From contig JBAZUU010000003.1 in the NCBI GenBank assembly GCA_041661275.1, positions 92,833 through 156,832 on the forward strand: a stretch of 64,000 bases of DNA, given 5' to 3'. Positions within the stretch are counted from its first letter, which is position 1. Each line of letters begins with the position of its first letter. Made by a program: the position numbers and the translations under genes. The notes under the pieces were generated by a model, which did not search any database, was not told the origin of the DNA, and saw only the letters and a program-made list of their open reading frames with translations. The stretch is from Parcubacteria group bacterium (GTDB lineage: Bacteria; Patescibacteriota; Minisyncoccia; Moranbacterales; UBA2206). Below are positions 48,405 through 58,500 of the stretch, piece by piece.

Positions 48405-50327
48405 ATGTCAAAGATTCTAGGAATCGATCTGGGAACAACCAACTCCGCGATGGCGGTAGTTGAAGGCGGACAGCCGAACATTGTCGAGAACAAAGAAGGA
48501 GCGAGAACTACTCCTTCGATGGTAGCTATGTCTAAAACCAACGAAAGACTGGTCGGGCTTTTGGCCAAACGCCAGGCTGTCACCAATCCGGAAAACACTT
48601 TGTTTTCCATCAAGCGTCTCATTGGTCGCGCCTTTGAGGATGAAGAAGTGCAAAGAGATTTAAAACTGATGCCATACAAAATTGTCAAAGCTAATGGCGG
48701 TGTGAAAGTGAAAATGTCGGATAAGGAATATACTCCTCAAGAAATTTCCGCTATGATTTTGGGAAAATTGAAAGCGGATGCGGAAGATAAATTGGGTGAA
48801 AAAATAACGGAAGCCGTCATCACCGTTCCGGCCTATTTCAACGACTCACAAAGAAAAGCGACCAAGGAAGCGGGAGAAATCGCGGGACTCAAAGTTCTTC
48901 GTATCATCAATGAACCGACGGCAGCCGCTTTGGCCTATGGTTTCAACAAGAAAAAAGAAGAAAAAATCGCCGTCTATGACTTGGGAGGCGGAACTTTTGA
49001 TATTTCCATTTTGGAAGTGGGTGACGACACCGTGGAAGTGAAATCAACCAATGGTGATACGCATCTTGGAGGAGACGATTTTGACCAGAGAATAATCCGT
49101 TGGATAATTGAAGAATTCAAAAAAAATGAAGCGATTGATCTGGGAAATGATCCGTTGGCACTGCAGCGAATAAAAGAAGCGGCGGAAAAAGCGAAGATCG
49201 AACTTTCAACAGCCATGGAAACGGAAATCAACCAACCTTTTATCACCACTGACGCTAATGGTCCAAAACACCTCGTTATGAAAATGACACGAGCCAAATT
49301 GGAAGAATTAGTGGGAGATCTAGTTGAAAAAACAATGGAGCCGATGAAAAAAGCTTTGTCTGATGCAAAATTATCTTCCAGCGATATCAATGAAGTGATT
49401 ATGGTTGGTGGAATGACCAGGATGCCGCTTGTAATTTCCACAGTAGAAAAATTTTTCGGCAAAAAACCAAATGCAAGTGTCAATCCGGACGAAGTAGTGG
49501 CGCTTGGTGCAGCGATCCAAGGAGGAGTTTTGCAAGGGGATGTGAAAGACGTTCTGCTGCTTGATGTGACGCCTCTGACTTTCGGAATTGAAACTTTGGG
49601 CGGGGTGCGAACGCCACTCATCGAGAGAAACACAACTATTCCGACTTCGAAATCACAAATATTTTCTACAGCCGCGGACAATCAACCATCTGTCGAAATT
49701 CACGTTTTGCAAGGGGAGCGGGAAATGGCCAGCGACAACAAGACTTTGGGGCGATTTATTCTTGACGGCATTCCGCCTTCACCTCGCGGCCTTCCGCAAG
49801 TGGAAGTGACTTTTGACATCGATGCTAACGGAATTTTGTCAGTCAAAGCCAAAGACAAGGCTACTGGCAAAGAACAGTCTATCCGCATTGAAGCTTCGAC
49901 TGGTCTTTCAAAAGATGAAATAGAAAAAATGAAAAAAGACGCCGAAGCGCACGCGGAGGAAGACAAGAAGAAAAAGGAACTCATCGAAACTCGCAATATG
50001 GCCGACACTCTGGTCTATACCACCGAAAAAGCCATTCGCGATGCCGGCGACAAAATAACCGCGGACGAAAAAAAGCCGGTGGAAGAAGCGATCGAGAACT
50101 TGAAAAAGGTGAAGGATGGCGATGACGTGGAAGCCATCAAAAAAGCGACGACTGATATGTCCACCGCGGCGCAAAAGATTGGGGAGAAACTTTACAAGGC
50201 TGCGGGTGAAGACAAGAGAGCTAATCCATTAGATGAATTTCAAAAAGCAGGCAAACCAACGGGCGATGGAGATGTGAAGGATGCGGAGACGAAAGAAGAG
50301 GACAAGAAGGACGAGGATAAAAAATAG
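48405..50327 (+). CDS. dnaK: Chaperone DnaK
   Basis: [32 protein letters not shown]. Confidence 0.98.
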   Translation: MSKILGIDLGTTNSAMAVVEGGQPNIVENKEGARTTPSMVAMSKTNERLVGLLAKRQAVTNPENTLFSIKRLIGRAFEDEEVQRDLKLMPYKIVKANGGVKVKMSDKEYTPQEISAMILGKLKADAEDKLGEKITEAVITVPAYFNDSQRKATKEAGEIAGLKVLRIINEPTAAALAYGFNKKKEEKIAVYDLGGGTFDISILEVGDDTVEVKSTNGDTHLGGDDFDQRIIRWIIEEFKKNEAIDLGNDPLALQRIKEAAEKAKIELSTAMETEINQPFITTDANGPKHLVMKMTRAKLEELVGDLVEKTMEPMKKALSDAKLSSSDINEVIMVGGMTRMPLVISTVEKFFGKKPNASVNPDEVVALGAAIQGGVLQGDVKDVLLLDVTPLTFGIETLGGVRTPLIERNTTIPTSKSQIFSTAADNQPSVEIHVLQGEREMASDNKTLGRFILDGIPPSPRGLPQVEVTFDIDANGILSVKAKDKATGKEQSIRIEASTGLSKDEIEKMKKDAEAHAEEDKKKKELIETRNMADTLVYTTEKAIRDAGDKITADEKKPVEEAIENLKKVKDGDDVEAIKKATTDMSTAAQKIGEKLYKAAGEDKRANPLDEFQKAGKPTGDGDVKDAETKEEDKKDEDKK

Positions 50328-50563
50328 AAAAAACAAAAAGAGCGAGATTTAATTCTCGCTCTTTTGTGTTAGAATAAGTCCAATAAGTCCTAGTCAGGAT
50401 TTTCTTCAGCAAGGCGGATTTACAAAAAGGTTTTATTGGAAAAGAAAAAATTTACAAAAGTATAACTAATGGATCGTCTGCCAGGGCGGTTGGATTTTTT
50501 GACTTTCAGTTTAGTGCGTGATAGCTTGAAAGTAGTTCCGTCATATTCTAAAAAGGAGGGGAA

Positions 50564-50788
50564 ATGGATACGAAAGGAAACCCAGTTCGTTATAAAACAG
50601 TAGAAAAAAACTGTCAGGTTAGGCGAAATGTCTTTTGCATAAATTACGAAGATTGCCTGGATTATGCCATTATGAAAAGATGGCCGGGGTTTTCGTGCGA
50701 AAGATGCGATCAATACGAAGCCGAGGATCAAGTAAGGCAAGATATGATTGGCAATTTAGTCAATCCTTTTGACAGTATCTTTGATTAA
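50564..50788 (+). CDS. Small Cys-rich hypothetical protein
   Basis: AGGAGG RBS; C..C..CLD...W.GFSC..C. Confidence 0.6.
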   Translation: MDTKGNPVRYKTVEKNCQVRRNVFCINYEDCLDYAIMKRWPGFSCERCDQYEAEDQVRQDMIGNLVNPFDSIFD

Positions 50789-50840
50789 TGCGCGAAAAAA
50801 CAATACAAAAACCAGATAAATTGCAGGAAGGGAATAGGTC

Positions 50841-51050
50841 ATGACCGATGACAATATTTTTCAGAAAGTGTTGAAGGTAGGCGACAGTGGGGGAGATCTT
50901 GACAGTCTCGAAAGCGAGATTTTGGAAAAGAGAAGGGAGTTGAAGGCTGGATTTTCCGGAGCGAGCAGGGAAGAAATAAAACGGGTGAGAAAGTATCTAA
51001 TATCAGTCTTCGAACCCAAAAGACAAATTGCTTTTCTTCTGTCGGAATAA
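50841..51050 (+). CDS. Hypothetical protein
   Basis: 69-aa ORF with purine-rich RBS. Confidence 0.45.
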   Translation: MTDDNIFQKVLKVGDSGGDLDSLESEILEKRRELKAGFSGASREEIKRVRKYLISVFEPKRQIAFLLSE

Positions 51051-51339
51051 GAAGCCAACGCGCAAAGCAAAAATTTGTATGCTTCTCACTGGCGAAGGTT
51101 GATCTCAAAAAGACAAGTTCAAACGGGAATCTAAAGGGCTCCCGTTTTTCAATTGGCTATGGGTTTATAAAAAGACCGGACTTGTTGCGTATAGTTGTCA
51201 TTTTTTGATTATGCCTGTAGAATGCCAGCAAGGAGAGGAGGGACTCTTTTTTATTATTTCTAATGAGAATAATGAAAAGTGTTCATAATTTTGTATCAGC
51301 GGCAAGATCTTTTAAAACATTCGACTAGGAGAAGACAGG

Positions 51340-52695
51340 ATGGGAAAAACAAAGGAAGTCTCGACTGGTCAAACAAGGAACGGTAAAAATAGTTCCGCTT
51401 ATGTTCCTGACACCAATGTCTTTATAATCGATCCCAAAGGAGCTGTCAAGCGTCTGCAAGCGGATGGAAGAGATGTCGTCATTCCGTGGATATCCATTAT
51501 GGAGCTTCGCGGCTTGACAAATCGGCCTGACATTGCCTATGAAGCCAGGACGGCGCTCAAAACCATAAGAGCGGCATTAAAAAATTACTACCCCTCGGTG
51601 AGTTGTTGCCGCAAATTTTCAACCAGATTTTTGAAAGACTTGGACAGGAGCGAGAATGATGATAAGATAGTCGCCACAGCAGCCACGCTTCTGAGAAATC
51701 ATGAGTACGAAAAGGTCACAATCGTCACCAGAGATGAAACGATGTCGATGATAGCCGAGGAACTAGGAGTCGACGTTATGGATTATCCCTACGATAAGGT
51801 CGACACTCTCAATATCTCGGCAATAAAAGAAATCAACGTGCCATTTGATGTTATCGATTTTGAAAGTCTTACCTTTCCTCTCGATGATGATGAATACGCG
51901 GGAATCATGCAAAATGAAGGGGTTATCTGCCGCAGCGACTGGCGTCCCAACGGCCAGAGAGGAGACTGGGCGCCAGCTTTCGCTGCTATCAGGAAGGGTA
52001 ATGTTTTTCGGATAATTCCCGATGACATCGAGGCGGTTGGTATTAAGCCGTATAACATCAACGGTAATGGGTCGAACTGGAGCCAAAAAATAGCATTGTA
52101 TCAACTACTTGATCCTGAAATCAAATTCGTGATTCTTCACGGCTCAACTGGCAGTGGAAAAACTCTCTTGGCTATTGCTGCTGCCATTGCACAGCGGTCG
52201 AAGTATGATCAGATCATCATTATGCGTCCGATGGTTCCTGTCGGTGGCAAAGATGAGCTTGGCTTTCTTCCCGGTGACAAGGAAGAAAAAATGGCTCCGT
52301 GGCTGCGTCCGATCCAACAGGCCTTCAAGGTTATCAAGAAAAGGGGATCGTGCAAGGTTGACATTCCTGATATGATAGAGAAGGAAAAAATCATCTTCGA
52401 ACATATCGGACATGTCCGCGGAATGACCTATAACGACGTCTTTATTATTGTCGATGAGACGCAGAACTTCGATTCAAACTCGGCTAAGTCGGTAATTTCG
52501 AGGCTCGGCGAGGATGCCAAGATGATTTTTACTGGCGATCTTGGGCAGATAGACCATCGATTTATCAATGAGAAGACTAGTGGCCTGGCGCATGCCATTG
52601 TCCATATGTCTGATCATCCTGAACTTGCAACGACGTTTTTTGTTGATACGGTTCGCTCCAACGTAGCGAAGTTAGTTCAGGAAAGATGGAAATAG
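51340..52695 (+). CDS. PIN-domain/PhoH family ATPase
   Basis: PDTNV..EL..NDDKI..TRD PIN domain; GSTGSGKT, LGFLPGD, RGMT, DETQN, SRLG, GD..QID. Confidence 0.9.
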   Translation: MGKTKEVSTGQTRNGKNSSAYVPDTNVFIIDPKGAVKRLQADGRDVVIPWISIMELRGLTNRPDIAYEARTALKTIRAALKNYYPSVSCCRKFSTRFLKDLDRSENDDKIVATAATLLRNHEYEKVTIVTRDETMSMIAEELGVDVMDYPYDKVDTLNISAIKEINVPFDVIDFESLTFPLDDDEYAGIMQNEGVICRSDWRPNGQRGDWAPAFAAIRKGNVFRIIPDDIEAVGIKPYNINGNGSNWSQKIALYQLLDPEIKFVILHGSTGSGKTLLAIAAAIAQRSKYDQIIIMRPMVPVGGKDELGFLPGDKEEKMAPWLRPIQQAFKVIKKRGSCKVDIPDMIEKEKIIFEHIGHVRGMTYNDVFIIVDETQNFDSNSAKSVISRLGEDAKMIFTGDLGQIDHRFINEKTSGLAHAIVHMSDHPELATTFFVDTVRSNVAKLVQERWK

Positions 52696-52858
52696 CAAGC
52701 ATCTTTAGTCAAAAACATTTGCGAGCGTGGGAACCTTTTTTGGTTCTACACGCTCTTTTTTGTGTTTGGTCGCATGAGTAATAAATAGTGTTTTCCTAAA
52801 GTATTTCCAATTCTATCTTTTTATGGTATTATATTATCAAATAAACAAAAACAAAAAT

Positions 52859-54181
52859 ATGTCACAAGAAACATCGAACCAAGGTGGTCCAAAATTAAAT
52901 AAAAAAGGCTGCGCTATTTTTGTGATTTGCGTAGTCCTTTTTGTTTCAGGAAGTTTTCTGGTCGATTTGGCGGGCGGATTTCCGATGATCGTCAATTGGT
53001 TTTTCACTCATGGCGACAAGGAACCGACTATTGAGGAAATTTTGAAGGGGACAGAGCCGACGGCGGCCAGGCAATATACCTTTCAAGAACCGACCAGGGA
53101 AGCGAAAAGCAGGACGATTGATTGCAAAAAACTAAATGCTTTTTCTGAACTGAAACCGCAAAATCCGCTTTGTCTTAATCTCTATAAAACAAACGCCAAG
53201 GAGATTGATGATAAGATTCAAACCGGCCAATACGATCGCATTATTCTGTATGGACAAAATTTAATCTTTGACGCTCCGTCGCAGTGGGAAATAGAGGATG
53301 TCCCTGGTGTGGATAAGCCAAAAGATACCAGTGTTAAAAGAGACGAATTGGCTCAACATGTTTATCAAAGCGCATACTTCAATGACCAAATTACTATGCC
53401 GGCCTTGCTTAAACTTTATGGTCTCAAGGATCTAAGCTTACAAAAAACTGTCTTTAGCGGGAGGCTGATATTTCCTTACCCGGCTATTTATTCCAGGGTG
53501 TCGACATATCAGGATCGAAAGGTTCTCTGTAAGGATTCATTGGAAAAAGACGGAACACCGCAGGGTTGCGCCCATCAATTCTGGAATAATGTCGTGAGCT
53601 ACAGTGCTATCAGAAATCCGATGTCTATGCCTGAGCAGAGGGTTCATCGAAACGGCCGCGAAGATTTCCTTTATTTTGATCAGAACCAGCCTCAAAACTG
53701 TTTTACCAGCGATATTTTCATGCATGAGACAGCCCATAATCTTCTCAGTCTTTCTATGTATGCCGGAAAACATATGGTGGGGGAAGGGGAGTTAAAATAT
53801 TTTAACGAGCATCAGGCGGGCTTTGCCGGAGATATGTACAGCGAAATAGCTTGCGGGGAAGGAAATGTTGTTAACCTAAAAACTAACAAAAAGGTGTCAT
53901 TCGACAGCATTATGTCCTATAATTCTATCTATCCGGCTGGTGAAATGTCCTCATCTCATCCTATTGACAATCAATGCCGGCTGGCCGCACTTACTCAGTG
54001 GAACCGAATACTTAATGCAAAAAATTGGCAGGAGAAATTTGCTGGTTTTTATACCTTGCTTCGTGATAATTCCAAAACAAAACCGTTTCAAACTGATAAA
54101 GATTTTATAAAGTTTGTCTCTGATGCATCTGGTGACCCAAACGCTGTGGCCTTTCTTAATTCCTACGGCTGCGGACTATAG
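52859..54181 (+). CDS. Membrane-anchored hypothetical protein with HExxH zinc-peptidase motif
   Basis: N-terminal TM; HETAH with downstream NEHQA; start uncertain (52823 or 52859). Confidence 0.6.
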   Translation: MSQETSNQGGPKLNKKGCAIFVICVVLFVSGSFLVDLAGGFPMIVNWFFTHGDKEPTIEEILKGTEPTAARQYTFQEPTREAKSRTIDCKKLNAFSELKPQNPLCLNLYKTNAKEIDDKIQTGQYDRIILYGQNLIFDAPSQWEIEDVPGVDKPKDTSVKRDELAQHVYQSAYFNDQITMPALLKLYGLKDLSLQKTVFSGRLIFPYPAIYSRVSTYQDRKVLCKDSLEKDGTPQGCAHQFWNNVVSYSAIRNPMSMPEQRVHRNGREDFLYFDQNQPQNCFTSDIFMHETAHNLLSLSMYAGKHMVGEGELKYFNEHQAGFAGDMYSEIACGEGNVVNLKTNKKVSFDSIMSYNSIYPAGEMSSSHPIDNQCRLAALTQWNRILNAKNWQEKFAGFYTLLRDNSKTKPFQTDKDFIKFVSDASGDPNAVAFLNSYGCGL

Positions 54182-54201
54182 TAAGCACCGAAATAAAGAA
54201 A

Positions 54202-54228
54202 TTAGCACTCTCGACCAGGGATTGCTAA
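54202..54228 (+). promoter_or_regulatory. CIRCE operator upstream of dnaJ
   Basis: TTAGCACTC-N9-GATTGCTAA (one mismatch). Confidence 0.85.
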
Positions 54229-54276
54229 TTTTTTTATTTCATGATAAATTATAAAGGTTAAATTGTATTCATAAAT

Positions 54277-55392
54277 ATGGCGGATTACTATAATATACTT
54301 GGAGTTTCCAAGGGTTCGTCGGATGACGAGATAAAAAAAGCCTATCGAAAATTGGCGCATAAATATCATCCGGATAAAGCCGGCGGAGACGAAAAAAAAT
54401 TCAAAGAAATAAACGAAGCCTATCAAGTGCTTTCGGATAAATCGAAACGCGAACAATATGACCGTTTCGGAAAAACTTTCGAAGGTGGAGGTTTTTCCGC
54501 CGGAGGCGGATCCGCCTATGGCGGAGATTTTTCCGGTTTCGATTTTAGCAATTTTTCTCGTCAACAAGGGGGCGGAATCAACTTCGAATTTGGTGGTGAA
54601 GACTTGGAAGATATTTTCTCCAATTTTTTTGGTGGCGGACGAGGTCGAGCGCAAGCAAGAAAGAAAAGAGGACAGGACATCCAGGTGGATGTGGAAATAG
54701 ATTTTTTGGAAATGATCCGTGGAACAGAACGGGAAATTAATATTCGAAAAAATACCACTTGTGATCGCTGTGCGGGAACGGGCGGGGATCCAGGCTCGGA
54801 ACAAAAAACTTGTCCGGTATGCAAAGGAGCAGGACGGGTGCAAAAAACCTCCCGCAGTTTTTTCGGCTCATTTTCGCAAGTGACGACTTGTCCGGAATGC
54901 CAGGGAGAAGGGAAAATATGGGAGAAAAAATGTTCCAAATGCAAAGGCGCGGGAAGAACTCAAGAAAACCAAACGATAAAGATTAAAATTCCAGCTGGCA
55001 TTGAAAATGGTGGTGTTATTTCCGTTTCTGGTGTGGGTGAAGCTGGTGAAAAAGGCGCGAGTGCCGGAGATCTCTATATAAATGTTCATGTCCGGTCGCA
55101 TCCTAAATTTGTCAGGCATGGCCTCGATATTCACAGCGAAGAAACTATTTCTTTTTCCTTAGCTGCACTTGGCGGGGAAATTTCAATCGAAACTGTTGAT
55201 GGACAATTAATTCTCAAGATTCCTGCCGGAACACAATCAGGAGAAATTTTCCGGATAAAAGAAAAAGGTGTGCCAGAGGTTCGCGGTCGCGGTCGGGGAA
55301 ATCAGATGGTAAAAATAATCGTCACGATCCCCCGGAAGCTAACACGCGAGCAAAAAGAATTGATCGAGAAACTGGGGAAAACAGGAGAGTAA
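54277..55392 (+). CDS. dnaJ: Chaperone DnaJ
   Basis: J domain HPD, G/F region, four CxxCxGxG repeats. Confidence 0.97.
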   Translation: MADYYNILGVSKGSSDDEIKKAYRKLAHKYHPDKAGGDEKKFKEINEAYQVLSDKSKREQYDRFGKTFEGGGFSAGGGSAYGGDFSGFDFSNFSRQQGGGINFEFGGEDLEDIFSNFFGGGRGRAQARKKRGQDIQVDVEIDFLEMIRGTEREINIRKNTTCDRCAGTGGDPGSEQKTCPVCKGAGRVQKTSRSFFGSFSQVTTCPECQGEGKIWEKKCSKCKGAGRTQENQTIKIKIPAGIENGGVISVSGVGEAGEKGASAGDLYINVHVRSHPKFVRHGLDIHSEETISFSLAALGGEISIETVDGQLILKIPAGTQSGEIFRIKEKGVPEVRGRGRGNQMVKIIVTIPRKLTREQKELIEKLGKTGE

Positions 55393-55408
55393 ATACTGTG
55401 GTATAATA

Positions 55409-55666
55409 ATGATGAGGTCAGACTTCATCAAAATGAAAAAAACAATTTTCATCATCGCGTTTCTTTATTGTGTCTTTATGTTCTCTTATCTTTCGTCTAA
55501 ATATCTGTTGGAAGACCAAGCTCAATGCGGAAGATGTGTCCGGGTATGCCAGGTAACGTGTCTGGATAAAAACCCATGCAGCTTTGCAGGCTATGTCAAA
55601 ACATATTTCATGTCCGCTTTTAGTGGCTGTAAAAAATATTTTAAAATAAATATCAAATCAATATGA
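55409..55666 (+). CDS. Small hypothetical membrane-anchored Cys-rich protein
   Basis: Hydrophobic N-terminus, CxxCxxxCxxxC; start uncertain. Confidence 0.5.
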   Translation: MMRSDFIKMKKTIFIIAFLYCVFMFSYLSSKYLLEDQAQCGRCVRVCQVTCLDKNPCSFAGYVKTYFMSAFSGCKKYFKINIKSI

Positions 55667-56160
55667 ATCTCGCAACAATACTTTCCAAATTAGGAATCGC
55701 CACTAGTTTTACTCAAGACGTAACCTTGCTGATTGTCATTGCTCTCGCCAGTTTTCTTTTTGCAGTTTTTATCGGCAAATCAAAACTAGCGGCCGTTTTA
55801 GTCGGGTCATACATTTCCTTTGCTCTTATCAGCGTAGTGCCCGAAAGTTATCTGGCGGGAAATGGGTATAAATTCCTGGCTTTCTTGATAATTATGGTAG
55901 GGTTGACTTTATGGGGCGGAAAAATGATCGATATTTCCATCGGTGGCATCGGGAGCGGGTTTATGTGGAAGATATTTGTGATGAGTTTTTTGGAAGTAGT
56001 GATGATTTTGAGCATCGTTCTCTCTCTTGTTGCCAAAAAAGACGCGCTCCTTTATGTTTCCTCGTCTTCATATGGATATCTGATAAATGACCCAATGCGT
56101 CTCATCTGGATGGCGGCGCCACTTCTCTTTTTGCTTTTTGTGCAGAAGAAAAGATATTAA
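55663..56160 (+). CDS. Hypothetical integral membrane protein
   Basis: About five TM segments. Confidence 0.7.
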   Translation: MNLATILSKLGIATSFTQDVTLLIVIALASFLFAVFIGKSKLAAVLVGSYISFALISVVPESYLAGNGYKFLAFLIIMVGLTLWGGKMIDISIGGIGSGFMWKIFVMSFLEVVMILSIVLSLVAKKDALLYVSSSSYGYLINDPMRLIWMAAPLLFLLFVQKKRY

Positions 56161-56300
56161 ACTCTGGCGTCATTGACTTGGAAATTAAGTTTTGCTACAA
56201 TAGCGAAAGTTGTTTTTCCGCAACTTGTTTTTAATATTTTGGGTCGTTATCTGCCTAGGGCGGACTGATAGAACAGTGTTAAAAACTTAATAAACAATAC

Positions 56301-56374
56301 GGGTCGTTAGCTCAGCCTGGTAGAGCAGTTGCCTTTTAAGCAAACGGTCGGAGGTTCGAATCCTCCACGACCCA
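56301..56374 (+). tRNA. tRNA-Lys (anticodon TTT)
   Basis: gggtcgt/acgaccc acceptor, ttgc-ctTTTaa-gcaa anticodon arm, ggttcgaatcc T-arm. Confidence 0.93.
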
Positions 56375-56589
56375 CTAAATTAATTCTCGAAAGGGAATTT
56401 TTTGTCTTTTTGCTGCTATCTGCTATAATGTTAAATAGTCCCAGCACCAATTCCGATAAAGATTAGTGTAGTGTAAAGACTTGTGCTCGGATTCGCCTAA
56501 CGGCTTAAAAGATAAAATAATTTATAAATATACTTGCGAATTGGTGCGGGATGCTCATTCTTGTAGCTCCTCGTACCTCGGAGACAAAA

Positions 56590-57657
56590 ATGGCAAAAAA
56601 ATATTTTATTACGCTTTCTGTATTAATAGTAACAGTTGTCTTGTCCGGATGTTCTTTGATGCCGACGACCAATACTGCAAGTACCGAACAAAAAATTACT
56701 GTTTCACCTTCTGTCTGGAAATCAACGGACGGCGGTAGGACGTGGACAGTGAAAAATATCGCCAGCGCGAAACCAACATCTATCGATTGGGACGTTTTGC
56801 GGATTGTAGTGAATCCTACTGATTCTAATAATATCTTTGTTGGTCTCAAAAGCGGCGGAATGATGGTGAGTGTGGATGGCGGAGAACGTTGGAAGCCGAC
56901 TATTTTTGTTTCGGAAAAAGTATATGGGCTGGAACTAGCTCCTGACGGAAGGACAATTTACGCTAGCGCGGTTTATAACGGTCGGGGAAAAATTTTTAAG
57001 AGTGTGGATAAAGGTGAAAACTGGGAGGAAGTTTATACCGCGGCCAACGACGGGCCTCTGGTCGTTGCGATGAAACTGGACAAAAATGATCCACAAACAG
57101 TCTATGCGGCGACTTCCGACAATTTGCTTCTCAAAAGCCGTGACGGAGGAGGATCATGGAAAAATATTTTTAAGGCCGAAGCGCCGATTATCCAGATAGA
57201 AATAGATAAAAACGATTCCAATCTTCTATATATACTTGATGATGGTGGAAACGTAGCTCGGAGTAAGAATGGCGGAGAAGCGTTTGAAAAGATAACGCCA
57301 GAGAATTCCAATACAATGTTTGGATCGTCATCAGGGATCAGTGCTATAAGGGTGGGCATAGGAGCTAAGGAAATTTACGCTGCAGGAAACAATGGCATTG
57401 CCAAAAGCGGCGATACGGGAAATTCCTGGGAAAAAATCAATACACTAAACGATCCAGAAAGCACGCCAGTGACTGCCTTGGCTATAAATCCGCAAGATTC
57501 CAAAAAAATTGTTTATGGTTCAGCACAAGCGGCCTACGAATCGGTGGATAGCGGATCAAGCTGGACAGCTTTCCAATTCGAAGTTTCCAAGGGTATCACT
57601 GCTCTGGAATATGACCCGCAAAACCCGGATGTTGTTTGGGCGGGGTTTAAAAAATAA
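56590..57657 (+). CDS. BNR/Asp-box beta-propeller lipoprotein (YCF48-like)
   Basis: Lipobox LSGC; repeated S.DGG..W Asp-boxes. Confidence 0.82.
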   Translation: MAKKYFITLSVLIVTVVLSGCSLMPTTNTASTEQKITVSPSVWKSTDGGRTWTVKNIASAKPTSIDWDVLRIVVNPTDSNNIFVGLKSGGMMVSVDGGERWKPTIFVSEKVYGLELAPDGRTIYASAVYNGRGKIFKSVDKGENWEEVYTAANDGPLVVAMKLDKNDPQTVYAATSDNLLLKSRDGGGSWKNIFKAEAPIIQIEIDKNDSNLLYILDDGGNVARSKNGGEAFEKITPENSNTMFGSSSGISAIRVGIGAKEIYAAGNNGIAKSGDTGNSWEKINTLNDPESTPVTALAINPQDSKKIVYGSAQAAYESVDSGSSWTAFQFEVSKGITALEYDPQNPDVVWAGFKK

Positions 57658-57660
57658 TAA

Positions 57661-57740
57661 GCGATGCGAACGATGCGAACTAACATGCGAATGATGCGAA
57701 TAGTTTGCGGCATTCGTATGAATTCGCGGATTGGCATCGC
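57661..57740. repeat. GATGCGAA-unit palindrome
   Basis: gcgatgcgaa repeats versus attcg units, closed by gcatcgc. Confidence 0.7.
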
Positions 57741-57749
57741 TATATAATT

Positions 57750-58307
57750 ATGGTAAAGTCACTTATCGACGGAAAAAAAGGAGATCTGGAAAAAGCGCTG
57801 GAACGCTTCAAGGAGGATTTGAACCAATTGAGAACGGGACGCGCCAGCGCGTCGCTTGTTGATTCTCTCATGGTGGATTATTATGGTTCAAAGTCACCTA
57901 TAAAACAGGTAGCCTCAATTACTACGCCTGATCCGAAAACTATTATGATATCTCCCTGGGACAAAGACAATCTGGTGAATATCGAAAAAGCCGTGCGGGA
58001 ATCGCAGCTCAATCTCAACCCGATGAATGATGGCCAAGTGATCCGGATCAATATCCCGCCGCTCAACGAAGAGCGCAGAAAAGAGTTGGTGAAAGTTTTG
58101 AACCAGAAAACGGAAGAATCTCGGGTGGCCATCAGGAAAAACAGAGAAGATGTTTGGGATGAAATTCAAGAACTGGAAAAAAATGGTGACATTGGCGAGG
58201 ATGATAAATTTTCCGGAAAAGAAAGACTGCAAAAGATGATTGATGAGTATAATGATAAAATTGAGGAAATTAGAGAGAAGAAGGAGCAGGAAATAATGAC
58301 AATATAA
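57750..58307 (+). CDS. frr: Ribosome recycling factor
   Basis: RTGRAS, VDYYG, PWD, LNP.NDG, PPLNEERRKELVK. Confidence 0.95.
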   Translation: MVKSLIDGKKGDLEKALERFKEDLNQLRTGRASASLVDSLMVDYYGSKSPIKQVASITTPDPKTIMISPWDKDNLVNIEKAVRESQLNLNPMNDGQVIRINIPPLNEERRKELVKVLNQKTEESRVAIRKNREDVWDEIQELEKNGDIGEDDKFSGKERLQKMIDEYNDKIEEIREKKEQEIMTI

Positions 58308-58320
58308 CAAACAATTTAAC

Positions 58321-58485
58321 CGTCATCCCGAGCGAAGTGAGCCTGCGAAGCAGGAGAACGGAGTCGAGGGATCTGCTAAATACTACTTCAAGTTTAGTTA
58401 TTAGCAGGATTTATAACCAGAGGTAATTCAAGGCAGATCCTTCGACTCCGGTTCGACTTTCGTCGAACCTCCGCTCAGGATGACG
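58321..58485 (+). repeat. CGTCAT-type element, copy 6 (no ORF)
   Basis: cgtcatcccgagcg...gagtcgagggatctgc / gcagatccttcgactc...cgctcaggatgacg. Confidence 0.9.
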
Positions 58486-58500
58486 GCGTTTTTTATTTTT

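Noticed and set aside
56241-56290. gggtcgtta duplicate 60 nt upstream of tRNA-Lys as an att site or pseudo-tRNA
   Set aside because: Only 9 nt are identical, it matches the 5' rather than the 3' end, it does not fold as a cloverleaf, and no integrase is nearby
8405-58485. CRISPR array or integron attC interpretation of the repeats
   Set aside because: Copies are dispersed, not regularly spaced; no cas or integrase gene; no RYYYAAC/GTTRRRY core ends; they sit between housekeeping genes
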